DNA from: Haliotis rufescens
Lineage: Eukaryota
Direction of reading: 5' to 3'
Assembly: GCF_023055435.1 (NCBI RefSeq)
Contig: NW_025963802.1
Span: 28,334,001-28,398,000 of the forward strand
DNA length: 64,000 bases
Of this stretch, positions 50,831 to 64,000 are shown in pieces. Each line of letters begins with the position of its first letter. Within the stretch, counting starts at the first letter, position 1. The notes below the pieces were generated by a model that ran no database searches, had not been told where the DNA came from, and saw only the letters and a program-made list of their open reading frames with translations. A program made the position numbers and the translations under genes.

Positions 50831-53800
50831 ATGATACATATACAACACATAACAAGACGTTTCTTGTTCTAAGGGCTAAACTTGAACTCACTCACTCTAA
50901 GGGTGAAATTGTTGCTCTAAAGAAGTAAAGAAGTGTCAGTGCTGTAATGTTGTTCTAGAGCTGGGATTAATGCCACTTTGAACAATACTGCAGAGGAAAG
51001 ACCCAATGATGAAGGTGGTAGACCTGTCACAATTTTGTGGAACCCACCAAACTGGCATGGTGCTGACAAACTTAGAAACATAATCAGGGCAAATCTTGTT
51101 TTCAAACGGATGATCATAGGTTTCTGGTACACCAAAGGGATGTAACTCTGCCTTACAAATTAGATAACCTGGGCTCTCCTCCCCTGTAGATGGGATGTGT
51201 AATAAGCTCTTGTAAGTAAAAGATAATTTGCCTAATAAGAGGTATTATAAAATTAATATCCTGAAGTCCTATTTTAATGAACTCTCTCTTTGTAACCTGA
51301 CCTTCAGTCAGATATGACTTGTGGTTCAAAAGAAACATCTTACTGTCCTCTGTATGTTCACTGATCCATAAAACAAGAAACACAAATCCTAGAATCAATT
51401 ATTGCTTAACGCTGCATCGGCAATCTTGCAGCAAGAAAATGTCTAATCTAAGAGTCAAATTGAAAGGACATTGACAACACGAGACTGTTTCTACTGTAAC
51501 TGCAAGTTCCATATCTTCAACTGTTTATGCAATTTGAATATATATATATATGTATACATAACCAATGACGAACCGCAAACCTGCATGAATCTGGAGCTCT
51601 ATGAAAGACAAAGTTATCCCTGAATAGGGGCTACTGCTTGTGCAACTGTTCATGTCTAACCAAATCGTCACACTAACATCTCTCATACAAACATTTAAAA
51701 GAGAGCTCAACTAATAGCCAAAATAAACACAGACGTTCATTTAGTGTTTAAGGGTGAATGGGAAGCATGCTGAAATCTCAGTAATCCACATACCTGGGGA
51801 TAGCAATAATTGCCTTAAGTTATTAACATATAAACTTTGATTTGCTTTTCCTTTTAAAACTTGCAGATTAGTGAGAATTAGTTGTTTTATCAATACCCAT
51901 GTGATGATAATCTGTCTAAAAGCAATCAACAACATCACAGGCAAAATTGACATCCTAGTTGAAATCTACATGATAACCAGTGTTTTAATCGGGGAAAACC
52001 TGTTTCAGAGTATGCACATCAACAAAAGACAAGAAAGTGTGAGGTGTTTAACAAAGACTCTCAGCAGGGGATCAAGCTACGCTGCTACGCACACATTGTA
52101 ACATGTGGTCTACTGAGTTGATCAGGGGGGAAGTCAACAATAGCATCTGATGCTCTGTGCTGCTAATCACAATGTAAAGTACAGCCAGAGGCAACACCTA
52201 CCTGACACCCCCGGGCTCTCAGACGGAAGATCCAATGAAACTACTGTGAAGGCTATTTCTACCAGATAATTATCTCAACATGCTTTCTAATTTGAAAGAT
52301 ACAAAATGAGACATGCATTTCATCAGATACTATTGTACAAGTAATTTTTATTAGCAGTTTCTCGAACTAAGAAGTTTTGCTGGATTAACCAATATTCATA
52401 ACTTATTCTGTTTCATTGACAACATTGAAAATCTTAGATGGCAATGTCAGCTAATCAACCCTGGGTCCTTATCTTCATAACTGTCCTAACACGCCTACGA
52501 AGGATGCTATGTACATGTGAAATTGACAATACAGGGCTCGATTCAGCTACACAAAACATGCACCACTGCATCCTATTTTTGAAAAAAAGCATCCTAATAA
52601 ATATGTCACCAAGTGCATATAAAACAAATTCTATTTTTTTTGTCGGAGAAACCCTTACTTGCCCAAACAACATTGAGCTTTGAAGTCACTCAATACCTGT
52701 GTAAGCTTTATAACCATACTACATCACTAATATCTGTATTGTGTGTAATTCATGACACTGTCATCAGTGATCTTACTTATTAAATTTATGCATCTATGTT
52801 TCAACTTTGATAAATTAATATGCCTATGCTGCAACTAGGTTTTCATGTCAACAATACCAGCTGCAAGTTAAATCAAGTGGCTTCAATCGAGCCCTGCAAC
52901 ATCAGTGAGAGAAACGGAACCTGGAATAAGCCCAATTAATAACATCTAATCATAACCTAAAAGGTTGAACTTTACAAGCCCTCAGGATGCCTAACACGAG
53001 GCGGCCATGCTGAGGGTGGATGTAAAGTCTACCCCTGCTACACATGTCAGTCACGGACTACCTAAGGTGATTATCCACAAGCTGCCTTTTGAAGAGCTTA
53101 TCTTCAAACCTCTTTTCATCACACAACAAACTCAGCCATAACAAACCCCCAATCCCCAACAAACCAGTTGACTACACTAATACCTACGAGAGTAGACGGA
53201 GATACATAGACAGACAACAGGAGCTACACAACTAGTATTATCTACATAACAACCTGTCTCACAGCAAGCTACAGGAGCTGCAGTACAGGGGACTTTCATT
53301 CATTAACAATTCAGGAAACGGTCAGTGACATTTTTGCCAATATTCCTACATAGAAAATTTGGAGAGTTTCACAACTAAAGACAAATATAAAATCCACCCT
53401 GGAGCTCACTGCTTGGTCTATGTGTAATCTCTTGGTTACAAAACCTGTGTGTTTTCTACAAAAACTGTTCATGCAACCTTGACTGTTTCTGTGGAGAAGT
53501 TGTTAAGTAAAGCGAATTGCTTCACACCTTACACAACTGGGCCATCCACATCCCAAGCTACTGTAAATCTGGACATTAATGCATCTCCAAATTAATATGA
53601 CTGCTGACCCCTAGCCAAAAATGTGACTCAATATCAATGTGACTCCCCCACCCCATCCACAGTGGAATGATGCATATCCTTACCTTAATTCAACACCATC
53701 TTAATCCAATCAAACAGTAAATAGCACCGCTTATTAGCACTGAGTGGAGCACTTCCATAAAAACAATAAACAGTCTTTTCCTAAAAGCAGCACACAGTTT

Positions 53801-55761
53801 ATATGTTTAGTCTGTGGACTGGCATTAAGGACGTTCAAAGGCAATAAAATAATTGAACCAACAACAGTTCACTTATTGTTATGCGGAGAAGGTGACAACT
53901 AGCTTGACACAAGTGGGTAGAACTCTGGACCCCAGCAGTGATAACTCCCAGGATGCCCATTGTGTAATTCTTATACTTTGAGTGACATTGTTATATACTT
54001 GTGACAACTGCTCAATAAACCGTGTTTGTGTTTATATTCAAGTTGGTATTTCCGCTATCCAAAGTGTGCAGTCTTATTGTTGATAGTCATTTTGGAGAAA
54101 TGAATGCGAAGTTAATTAATGCGAGCAAAGACCACTTGCATTTTTTACATGTAATTCACGCTCACGTTAATTTCAAGATTTACAGTATATCATACAAATG
54201 ATTTATCATAATTTTCAAAAATATCACTTCTTTTCATAAAATCACCTTAATGATGCCTGTTAAAAATATTACCCAGCAACTGGCCATGCATTTAGATAGA
54301 CCAAGCAACTCCCTCCTTAAGAACTACCTGGTACCCGTCAGTTGGCAAAGCTGTCATGGAACATGACCGATGACAAACAAACCCTAGTGGTACATGCTGA
54401 CCAGTTACAATCAATTTCAAGTCAATTCATGCTAACATCCAAGTACAGCCTGGTAATGCCATTTTTCTGGAAATTCATTACAAAAATAAAGTGAATGTCT
54501 TTACAAATTTCTAAAGCATACAACTTCTTATGAAATGATGAATGTTTAAAGAGTCTAATATATAATAAAGATGAATTATGAATAACACTGACAAAATCTG
54601 GACCTGAAACAAGTGCCATGAAATATATTAGATATACAAGTCGCTCATCTAATAAATATGTGGTTAGACATATACTGTTTAAAGTCTGTTTAACAGACTC
54701 AAAATGAAAAAGAGACACAAAAAGTACAAGATAGTAGGCATAGGCATAAAAGAACAACTCTATTACAGTATGGTGACTACATGCGTGTACGACAAGCTAC
54801 CTGTAAATATATGCTGGGTATACCTGAGTATCGCACAAGGCAAAAGGGTGAGATAATTTGAGTCCACTAGCCTTCACATCTCAACAAAGGCTAAATTTTC
54901 ACTTAAGAACATCAAGTGGCAAATAAAACATTTGAAAGTTTCGAAATGTCATTTGCTTTCCACAAATCAGTTTTTCATGAAGACATAAATGATGTCAGAA
55001 CACCAGTGATCAGTTGATGTTTGTTATAATAGTCTGAACAATATTCCACTAGCCAAAGGTATTTATAGCCATCAGTACATACATTGACAGCTATCTATAC
55101 ACATGAAAGCTGTCTGTATATATGCATGTAGCTACAGCTATGTTTACATTGGGTTATTCAGAGAGCATCACCAGTACTAGGCAACCTGTTGAGTACATTA
55201 GGATCTACTACAATGATATCCAGAGATGGACCGACACATGCCGTAGGCCTCTGGCTGGAGTACTGCCTGGCACAAACACAGGCTGCAGTCCAGACATTGG
55301 GGTACTGGCCCTGCTCTCATACACTGAATTCTGGATTACTTTCCAAGCTAAACAAAGGCTATACTTCAATACACCATCACCATGTGGTTCCTACCAATAT
55401 TTACATGTCAACAGAAGAAGAATATGTTAAACTAACATGGTCACCTGAATGCAACATTTCAATGTAGATACTAACAACATTATCAAGCAAGGTAACAGTG
55501 TTAGTATCTTCACCTAAACATTGCATTCATTGTAATATATCCACAGAACTATCTCCCTTGTCCATCATACTACTTCTAAAGGCCACCTAAAGAAGTGAAC
55601 ATGGTCAAATGGATAAACAACAACACCATTGAGGGAACATAATAGCAGAACCTATTCTACAGGTAAATGTAACTGAGTTCCAAACACCAAGACAAGTGTT
55701 GTATCCCGTGGGGAACTGCTTGGTGATCTGCAGCCCTCTGTGCATAGCGAGATGACAAGAT

Positions 55762-58072
55762 TCACATGACAGAGCACCACGACCTGGACTTGGTAGTGGT
55801 GATCTCCATGTCCCCACTTGACGACATGTACCTAGTGCTGTACTCTTCTCCAACCATGTCATCGTCATCATCATTCTCCTCTTCATCATCCTCTCTATTC
55901 CCGGAGTAGCTATACTTACTTGATGTGTAGGATCCATCCAAGATGCTGTTCTCATTTCCATATCCACCCCTAGTGCTTGAGGACTTGTACAATGTTCTTG
56001 ACATGTTCTGCCTGCTTGAGCGGACAGCACTTCCAAAGGAAGACCTGAGACTAGAGTTAGATGACAGTCTTCCTACAGGTGTGCTTGAAACCAGTGGACT
56101 GTCGACCAAGTCAGTACTGTCATTAAAACGCCGTTTCTTGGCAGTAAGGCTTTCATAAAAGGGGGTAAGAGCAGTCTTGCGTTTCTGACCAGACTTTAAT
56201 GCCACAGGGGAAAAGCCTTCAGTGGATCTATATGTTGACGTTACAGATTCAATAGATTTCTTTGCAGAGCCACTCCCAGATTTTAAACCTGTAAATGATT
56301 GTGGTGTTCCAACTGATCTTGTTTTTGAGGATGTCTCTTCCAAAGAAGACCTGGATGTATTCTGGAGCTTTTTTCGCGGTGAAGCTTTGCTGCTGGTCTG
56401 TGAGGTCAATGAGATTGTGGTCAGTTTGATGTTAGGGGTCAAGGGTGATGCAACAGATCTCCTCTTCTGTCCAGATTTAACTGAAGATGATGATTGCCGT
56501 CTAGAACCGGTGGATGATCTCTTAGCTGAACTAAGAGAAGATCGGGACAGAGATTTTCTTTTTACAGACTTGGGTGTTCTTGGGCCAGATGAAGAGTCTG
56601 TTTTAATTTCTGTGGACAAGAAAGATGAACTTGCGACTTCAAGAGATTTTCTGGCTTTTGAAGAATTCACATGGGTTCTCTTCTGTGATCCGGAGGAAGA
56701 CCTGGCAGATCTCTTTGTGGATGATTTCTTCTTGAAACTAGATTTTGAGGTTGAAGGTGTCTGTTGAGATTTAACCGGAGTGGATCGGCTAGATGACTTT
56801 GATGATTTCCTACTTGACTTAGGAGTTACTTTCCTTGGTGAACGCGATCTGCCTCTTGATCTAGATTTAGCTGAAGTTTTTCTTGGGGTTGTACCAGGTG
56901 TTTCTTCTTCAGTTGATGCCACACTTGTGATAGATATATCTGATCTATCGGAGTCACTCTTGTACTCTTCAAATTTCCTTGAGTGTGATCTGGATGACTT
57001 TGCTGAACTTGATGATCTGGTTGTGCTCTTCTTCTTTGACTTGCTCTTTGAAGTTGATTTTGGAGATCTTTTGGATGCCGACGCAGATGCATCTGCTTTC
57101 TTGCTACTGGATTTAGATCTTGCTGTCGATGCAGCCAATAACTGGGAACTGCTCAAGTCACCAAGACTTACTTCAAGTCGACGTGGTGTGGATGGATTGG
57201 AAGGTGCACTTTTCTTAATAGATTTCTTGCTGCTTGAAACTGGAGACAAATCTGGGGACCCAGAGCTTTTCAACCCATCCATATGTACCAGTAGAGTACT
57301 GGATGTTGACCCCTTTGATGCTGAAGATTTTTTCAGCGGTGATGCTGAAACTGACAGCCTTTTCTTGGGACTTTGTCGGGATTTGGAGTTTGATTTACTT
57401 CCTGATTTTTTTGAGGAACTAACCACCACACGCCTCCGTTTTTGGGCAGGTGGTGTGATAGGTGTCACAACCTTAAAAGAAACTTCCAAGTCATCTCCTG
57501 CTGCTTGTTTAACCCTCGAACGTTTTTTGGTAGATCTTGCCGATTGTTTTGGAGAATCACTTTGACTTCTCTTCGGTGTTGTCTTAGCTTCAAGGGCGGG
57601 TGATTTACTTTGCCTCCTCTCAGATCTTGATGGAGATTTATTGGGTGAGAGAGACTTTCTGCTGGATCTTTTAGCACGGCTAGAACGAGAAGACAAAAGT
57701 GAAACATCCTTTTTAGAGTCTAATGATATCTTTGAGGACCTGCTCTTAGTTGTTGTAGATGTTTGCTTCTTCAACAATGAAGCCCTCTGTGCTTTCAGAA
57801 TCCTCCGTTTGGGGGGTGGTGATTCAGTTTCTTCTTCTTCCATCGAGGTAGATCTAACAATCTCCACCATCTCACGGACTGACAGAGCAGCAGACTGCAA
57901 GGGGGACTTTTTAGCTGGTCCACCAAACATGGAGGACCGCCTGCTTCGTGTCTTGACCCCAGGTGGGGAGAAGACGGTGGGCATCTTGAAGACATTGCTT
58001 CTCTTTACAGCCTTGGAGGCTGACCTCTGAGGAATCTTGGACACTACTGTTTTCTTGGTGTACACTGATGAC
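55762..58072 (-). CDS. Basic Ser/Lys/Arg-rich protein with C-terminal CaaX (CSVM), last exon; spliced protein ~864 aa
   Basis: 2.3 kb open frame; acceptor tctcccag in phase 2; ends ...EDDEEENDDDDD...TTTKSRSWCSVM*. Confidence 0.88.
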
Positions 58073-58259
58073 CTGGGAGAGAAAGTTTACAGATCAATAC
58101 TAAATCACAAGTCTGGCAATCAAAACAGCAAAACAGCTTCATAGTTTACAAGCAGCAGACAAATGTAACTATTCAAATATAGATCAAAATGTAAACTACT
58201 TCAAGTTTATTACATAAAAACGATTATTTACAAATTTTACTTCAAGTGTGGATACTAAC

Positions 58260-58388
58260 CTGCGTGTTCGTGGTCTTTTAGGCGATGGTGATGCCGACTT
58301 AGGTGATTCAAAAACAGCAAGACTGCCTGACACCCATCCTGGAGTCAGTGGGGACCCTGGTGACAGCCGACTTCTCACTGGCGTGCTG
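58260..58388 (-). CDS. CaaX protein, middle coding exon
   Basis: STPVRSRLSPGSPLTPGWVSGSLAVFESPKSASPSPKRPRTR; tandem acceptor TAG/CAG, donor AG|gttagt; phase 2/2. Confidence 0.8.
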
Positions 58389-58860
58389 CTAACAGGAAAC
58401 ACAATTATCAACAAGCATGAAATACTCATATCCCCCGCCAACATGACATGTCCGGTTGTGTGCAATGCATTAGCTCCTTTGAACTATGTGCACTGGGACT
58501 TTTTGTAAATGGCCTACTTGCAGCATTAAAAAAAGTTATTGCTGGTGTTGTTTTGACATCTGCCGTATATGATAGAATATATAACTGTATTTGTAAAGAA
58601 TAAGGATGAGACATATGGATGAACAACATCTTTATTACAATTAGGAGCAATGGTTTCGGTGTAGGTTCTAACACCGTTATCAAGCAAGTGAAGTACAGAG
58701 TATGGTTGACAAGACTATATACAAGATAGGAGGCAGTGTTTATACAGTTGAGTAGGTTTAAGATCACTTACACTGTTGTATTTGTAATGAGTTGTGTTTC
58801 TGCATGAAGTTAGTCAGTGAATGCAACAACCGTGTCCATGACATTTTTGGAGGAACATAC

Positions 58861-59380
58861 ACACAAGCAATGCAGAACTTACCACCAAGAAGGGAAATGT
58901 ATTCAATACTGCAAGATGACATTATATGCCAAGTTAAGTGAAGAAATATGGTATGGTTTTCTAGATCTGGTCCGGAAACGAGGACTTCCTCCATTTTCAG
59001 TCTAAGTCAAAGTCGTAGCCATGGAAACTCGAAAAATAATTCTTTTAAATATCCCAAACTATCAAAATGCACCGGTTCACCACTAGACCTATCTATGTGC
59101 CACGTTTGGTGAAGAAATATGGTACGGTTTTCAAGATCTGCCCCGGAAATGAGGACTACCGCCATTTTCTCTCCAAGTCAAAGTCGTTGCCATGGAAATT
59201 CGAAAAACAATTTTTTTGAAAACCCCAAACTTCAAAAGGCACCAGTTCACCACTAGACCTATCTGCGCCAAGTTTGGTGAAGAAATATGGTATTTTTCAA
59301 GGTCTGCTCTGGAAACGAAATGTGACTGACGGCACCCTTTCCTATATCCCCCTTCCACTTCGAGGCGGGGGGTAATAAGG
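58861..59380 (-). mobile_element. Helentron-associated element with ~2.3 copies of a ~170-bp core repeat
   Basis: tgaagaaatatgg recurs at 58939, 59110 and 59278; terminal ccccc..ggcgggggg hairpin and short gacg/gact tract. Confidence 0.65.
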
Positions 59381-60349
59381 TGCCGAAAACAAGCTATGCA
59401 GAAACCTCATCACTAAAGAGTTGTAGAAAACTCTTGTTTATCCTGTAGATTGATTTGTCTTATCTTTTTGACTGCATGTGTAAGTTCCATTCATATTTTA
59501 CAATAACATTTTATTCTGTTCAAACATTTTATCATATTTCTGTGGTATCTGTGGGCTAAATCATTTTCATTATATAGGACAATAAAACTAATTTCCAAAG
59601 GGATTCAAAACAAAAACATTTCCTGTAAAATTCAATGTTCATAAAGTACCAATCTCACCTCACAATATGATACAAATCTATCACAAATCAAGTTCTAAAT
59701 ACAAGAACATGTTACAATTTATAAAAACAACCAAAGGAAGCAAAGCTGACCTTGAGAGATTTTCAAAAAATAATCTTATCTAAGAGAGACAACTGTACTA
59801 CCCTGAAAACATGTCATTTGAATCAATTGCCAATGTTTCACAGAGGATGTCACTAACAGTTATTTTTAACTTGCATGCGAAACAGGGGAGTAGAACCAAG
59901 GGACCTTGGAGTGACAATGAAAGGTCTAACTTTTAACTTTTTGAATAAAAAATAAAAAGTATCCCAGCTTTGACTTGGCTAGGGCTGGGACGATACAACT
60001 GTGTGATCTGGGGTTGGCGTATTGGCACATGGAAAGTATTGCAAAATATTTCGATATGGAGATCTGTAATAAGATACATACTGGGGCCCAAATTATATAT
60101 ATATTTGTACTGTTCAAATGGTACTGCTTCACTCAATAATGCAAACTTCAGATTATGAGATAGGTTTTGACAGTATGGATAGATAAAACTACCTATTACA
60201 TCATGAATATGGAATGTTAAAACAAACAAGTATAAAAGCAAACATTTCACTAAGGTAAGGTACTAAGGAAACACTTGTGATCCACTCATACAAAGTATGT
60301 TTGTTAACGAAACAAAAGAACAAATATCAGATATATTTCATTTCCTAAG

Positions 60350-60600
60350 GGGGGTCAAGGTGTCCCAGTTGTCTAAGGCACCGCAATTCGCTGTGCAGAG
60401 AAACCTATGGTTGTGGGTTCGAATCCTGGTTCGCCCTGATTATGTTTCTAGGTTTGTCAGCACCATACTTGTGCTTGTGGGTTTCACCGAAGTGGTAAAC
60501 ATCTAAGACCTGCATCACTTCGAGCTTTCCTCCCACATAAGCTGACATGCCGTGATATAACTGGAATACTGTTAAAAGCGGCGTTAAACACGACTCACTC
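60350..60600 (+). mobile_element. tRNA-derived SINE with ACTC tail
   Basis: A/B-box-like head; 3' end gatataactggaatactgttaaaagcggcgttaaac..actcactc is shared with other SINEs in the window. Confidence 0.65.
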
Positions 60601-60736
60601 TTTTATTAGTGGATCCGTAAACCAAATGAAGACAATATCACTTACGCATGCTTAAGGGGCCTGAAAAAATCATTCACTTTTGAAAATAAATGGGCACTCA
60701 AATATTTACCAATGATTTAGACATTACAACACTTAC

Positions 60737-60891
60737 AGTGCCCTTGTCCCAATGGGGCTGTTCAGTGTCCTACTTGATGAGACCAGGGTGGTCACTCGAG
60801 AGGATGATGATCTGATGACAGTTGTCCTGCTGCTGCTGCTGCCACTAGACGTCGACGACTTCTGTATGACACTTATTCTTCTGCTTGGCAT
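60737..60891 (-). CDS. CaaX protein, first coding exon (exon starts ~60920)
   Basis: accATG MPSRRISVIQKSSTSSGSSSRTTVIRSSSSRVTTLVSSSRTLNSPIGTRAL; donor CT|gtaagt in phase 2; same compositional bias as the later exons. Confidence 0.8.
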
Positions 60892-63149
60892 GGTTCAAAG
60901 TATAGGCATCACACGCTTACCTGCAAGGGAGATAACTCATGTCAGCATGAAGGTATGGAACAAACAATATAAAACATTTACTGTCACATATTTGTTGAAG
61001 GATAGTAGATAATACTAGATATATACTGAAGGATTGTAGATATATACTTAAATATGTATAAGATTTTGGCACAAACATTAACAATAATACCAGCGATAGA
61101 AACTAACAGGTTTGAACCACTAGTCCTTATAATGATAACATATAGCAAAACCCTTAATAAAAAGGGCAAATTTCTACTAGTCCTTATGATACCTTAACTA
61201 TTGGGCAGTTTGGCAAGGACTACAGGACTAGTGCCAATTTCTAACGCTGAATACTAAATAAAATGCCAATTAATAATATTTGAACAAGTTCAGATGTTCA
61301 GTATTTTTACAATAATATATGTATCTGTATTTTTTTTACAGTGTTTGACACGGACCAAAATTGGTCAGTGGTCCAAACAAGTTACAGTGTTCCTGCTAGC
61401 TTTTGAAACAGCCAGTCCTGGTGGACGGGCAACTCTAAAAACTACCAGTCCCCACTAATTTTTGCCAATCCCAACTTTCAACAAATTAAAAAAACACATA
61501 TGAAAATTATTTAGTTTTAAGTCTTTCAACATCATGTTTAGTGCAAAGAAGTCATCTCTGAAGTAACTTAATTAAATCTATACGTTATCCGCACAAACTT
61601 CAGTCACAGATTTCTCCATTTTTTAAAAATATTTCGAGACAAAGTTGCTACAAATGGATATTTAACCTAGAAATAGAGTAGACAGGGGGAAACCCTGATG
61701 GTAACAGACAAGCTGACTTTGTTAAAAAATGTACTTATATAAATATCACCAATGTTTTGTTCAACAACAAAGATATACAAGGTAATTTATTTGCCGGTCC
61801 ACAGGGACTGGCAGGCATGAATTACCGGTCTAAGCCTAATTTTACAGGTACAAAAATGGTAATTACCAGCATGGGAACGCTGAGTTAACAACCAACACCA
61901 ATAATTATCTACTGGTTCTGTTGGATCTCTACTGGACACAATGCTGCTGACAAAAATAGGTGTTAGATGGTAGTACTTCATTGTAATACTACAAGCTGTT
62001 TACAAAATGGCAGTAAAATAAGACAAGTTAATGCTGGTCAACTTCAAATGTTTATTTGCTTGCAACAGGTCAAATCTTCACGTGTGTGTGACACATCCAC
62101 TAGTTCCCTTCCTGTGTTTTCGCAGATACTTTATCATGTTTATACAACAAGTGAGCGTATTTACTAGAATGAGAAACCAGTCAAGAAGGTACCACACACC
62201 ACACACAGTTGTTTAGGTTGCTGATTTAATTAAAGCTTAGTCAATCTGTCGCTGATATCAAAAGTCGAACAAACTCAAATTACTTTGTCCTCCCCAATAT
62301 AACACTAGACCACCATTCATAAGACAATATGTTAGACTTGGACCAGCGTTTGTGCCAAACGCTCTGTAAGAACGTATTGTATTTTATACAGATCTATATT
62401 ATATAGCCTAGAGGTATTTGCAATTGTACTGTAGTTCTCTGTCTCTGAAAAGGAACTTATTTCACAGAAAAAAAGTTGTTAAATTATAGTCATAAAAAAT
62501 AATAAAAAGGAGCCCATATACTTTCTTCATTTTTATACTGCAGTAATCTAGACTTGCCAAATATGGACTTGCATGGGCTGTTTAGGATATATTTGTTTCA
62601 GGGTCTGTTTGACAGAATATGTAGATCTAGCTTTTCAATTTCCTAATACATCAATGATGAAGCTGTCAAGTTAATAAAAATAATCTATGAATACTATTTC
62701 TTTTTATTCTGTTTTGCAATGGTGTCTGACAGTCGAGTCCAAGAAACAAAAAAATATGAAAAGTCCCGAGAATCTCATGACCTTTGGCAGCTGTTTGTTT
62801 TGAACTAACACAAATGACTGGTCAAAATTTATTAAAGTACCTCTACATAGTCGATACGTTACCTTGTTGCAGAGCCACCCAACTAACTCCTGGAATTATT
62901 GATTTCGTTATACAGCTGACCTATTTCCACTCTCAACTTACTATTGCCAGGTACAATATGTAGCCTTACAGCAGGAAATAAAATAGTTTCACTCAGAGAT
63001 ATCGGTCTATCCGTAGTTCACTGTGCCATGATGATCAAACATGAGCACTGGTTTCGCACCCTGTCCCCCCTACAGATGCCTTACTGTATTACCTAACAGA
63101 GAATTGTCATTTTTCTGTTTACCGTTTACGCTATTTTTAGAATTACTAC

Positions 63150-63880
63150 ACACTCCAACGATTCGCGCCCAGCGCGCCACTGTGCAAACTGAAATCGGCG
63201 GCACACCTTTCTGTCACTTGGTTTGAGTAAATGTTATTAAGTGTACCAGAATAATTTTGTAGCCAATAAGATCACTGGAGTCTACTTCAATGGGAAACTG
63301 CATACATACCTGTTAATTACTTGCAGTAGCTGCCGTAGCTAGATGAAAGGATCAACAAAAACAACAACACCGTTGAAAGCGTGTGTAAACGCACTATTAC
63401 GCACTGACCCGTGACCTTTGCTGCTAAATATGGAAATATTGGATAACAGCCGTCCTCTTAGCCAATCAACGCATATCTCTTTCTCGATTCAAACTTTCTG
63501 TCTCAATGCGCCGTAAACAGCCAGCACAAAGAACGTTGGCCGTAAGTTTCAAGTAATTTGTCACCCAACAGTAGTTTATACTTTCGCAAACACTAACAAT
63601 ATATACGATATCTATGTATCGATTATGTATTTATTGTATAAACACTTGTTATCGCAAACATTATCCTTTTTACAGGATGTACTATTTTAACATGCGCATG
63701 GATATCATCACTTCCGCAGTGTAGTAAGGTTTTGTACGATTCGCGCGGCGGTTTATCGAGAAGACATTGATAACATAACGCGTTAAATGTTTATTAAAAA
63801 CATAAGCATCATTTGATTTGATGTCGAAATTACTTCATATAACAGCGCGAAATTAATCTGGTAAGTAACAAGGTAAGATA
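63150..63880. promoter_or_regulatory. CpG-enriched, probably bidirectional promoter region (CaaX gene on minus; possible first exon of an unseen plus-strand gene)
   Basis: CpG enrichment, CCAAT boxes (~63263, ~63462), CACTTCCG (~63709), plus-strand donors ctg|gtaagt (~63861) and aag|gtaaga (~63873), minus-strand donor aag|gtaacg at 62862. Confidence 0.35.
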
Positions 63881-64000
63881 TTTAGCAGTTTTGTTGTTTT
63901 GTTATGAATAATATTTGTCCCGCGTGGTTGATGTTTTGGTTTTAGATGCTGATTTCAAAGCTGCAGGCAGCTGATACTTTTTGTTTCATCGAGAACAAAG

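Noticed and set aside
55943-58030. Plus-strand Asp/Leu/Phe-rich ORFs (181, 261, 129 aa)
   Set aside because: Antisense shadows of the Ser/Lys/Arg-rich coding exon.

Overview
Eukaryotic (animal) genomic DNA: AT-rich, intron-containing and rich in transposable elements. The SINE and Helentron-derived repeat types suggest a mollusc, possibly an abalone-like gastropod (inference). I reconstructed five spliced protein-coding genes by hand with frame-consistent GT-AG junctions. (1) RNF145 on the minus strand, running off the left edge. (2) Its paralog RNF139/TRC8 on the plus strand, head-to-head with RNF145; both are sterol-responsive ERAD RING-H2 ligases. (3) A 10-exon AT-hook plus 8x C2H2 zinc-finger gene (minus, ~731 aa) with a decayed DIRS1-type retrotransposon in one intron. 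(4) A 4-exon ~330 aa low-complexity gene I do not recognise (minus), with tandem CRE sites upstream and Tc1 relics on both sides. (5) A ~864 aa Ser/Lys/Arg-rich protein (minus) with many S/TPxK/R motifs, ending in an acidic patch plus a CaaX box (CSVM). The rest is SINEs, MITEs, Helentron-associated elements, Tc1/mariner/Sailor-like relics and a 46-bp minisatellite. The best leads are the candidate farnesylated H1-tail-like nuclear protein, the divergent RNF145/RNF139 pair with uORF-containing leaders, and the unrecognised gene. Homology calls come from recalled family motifs, not from database searches.
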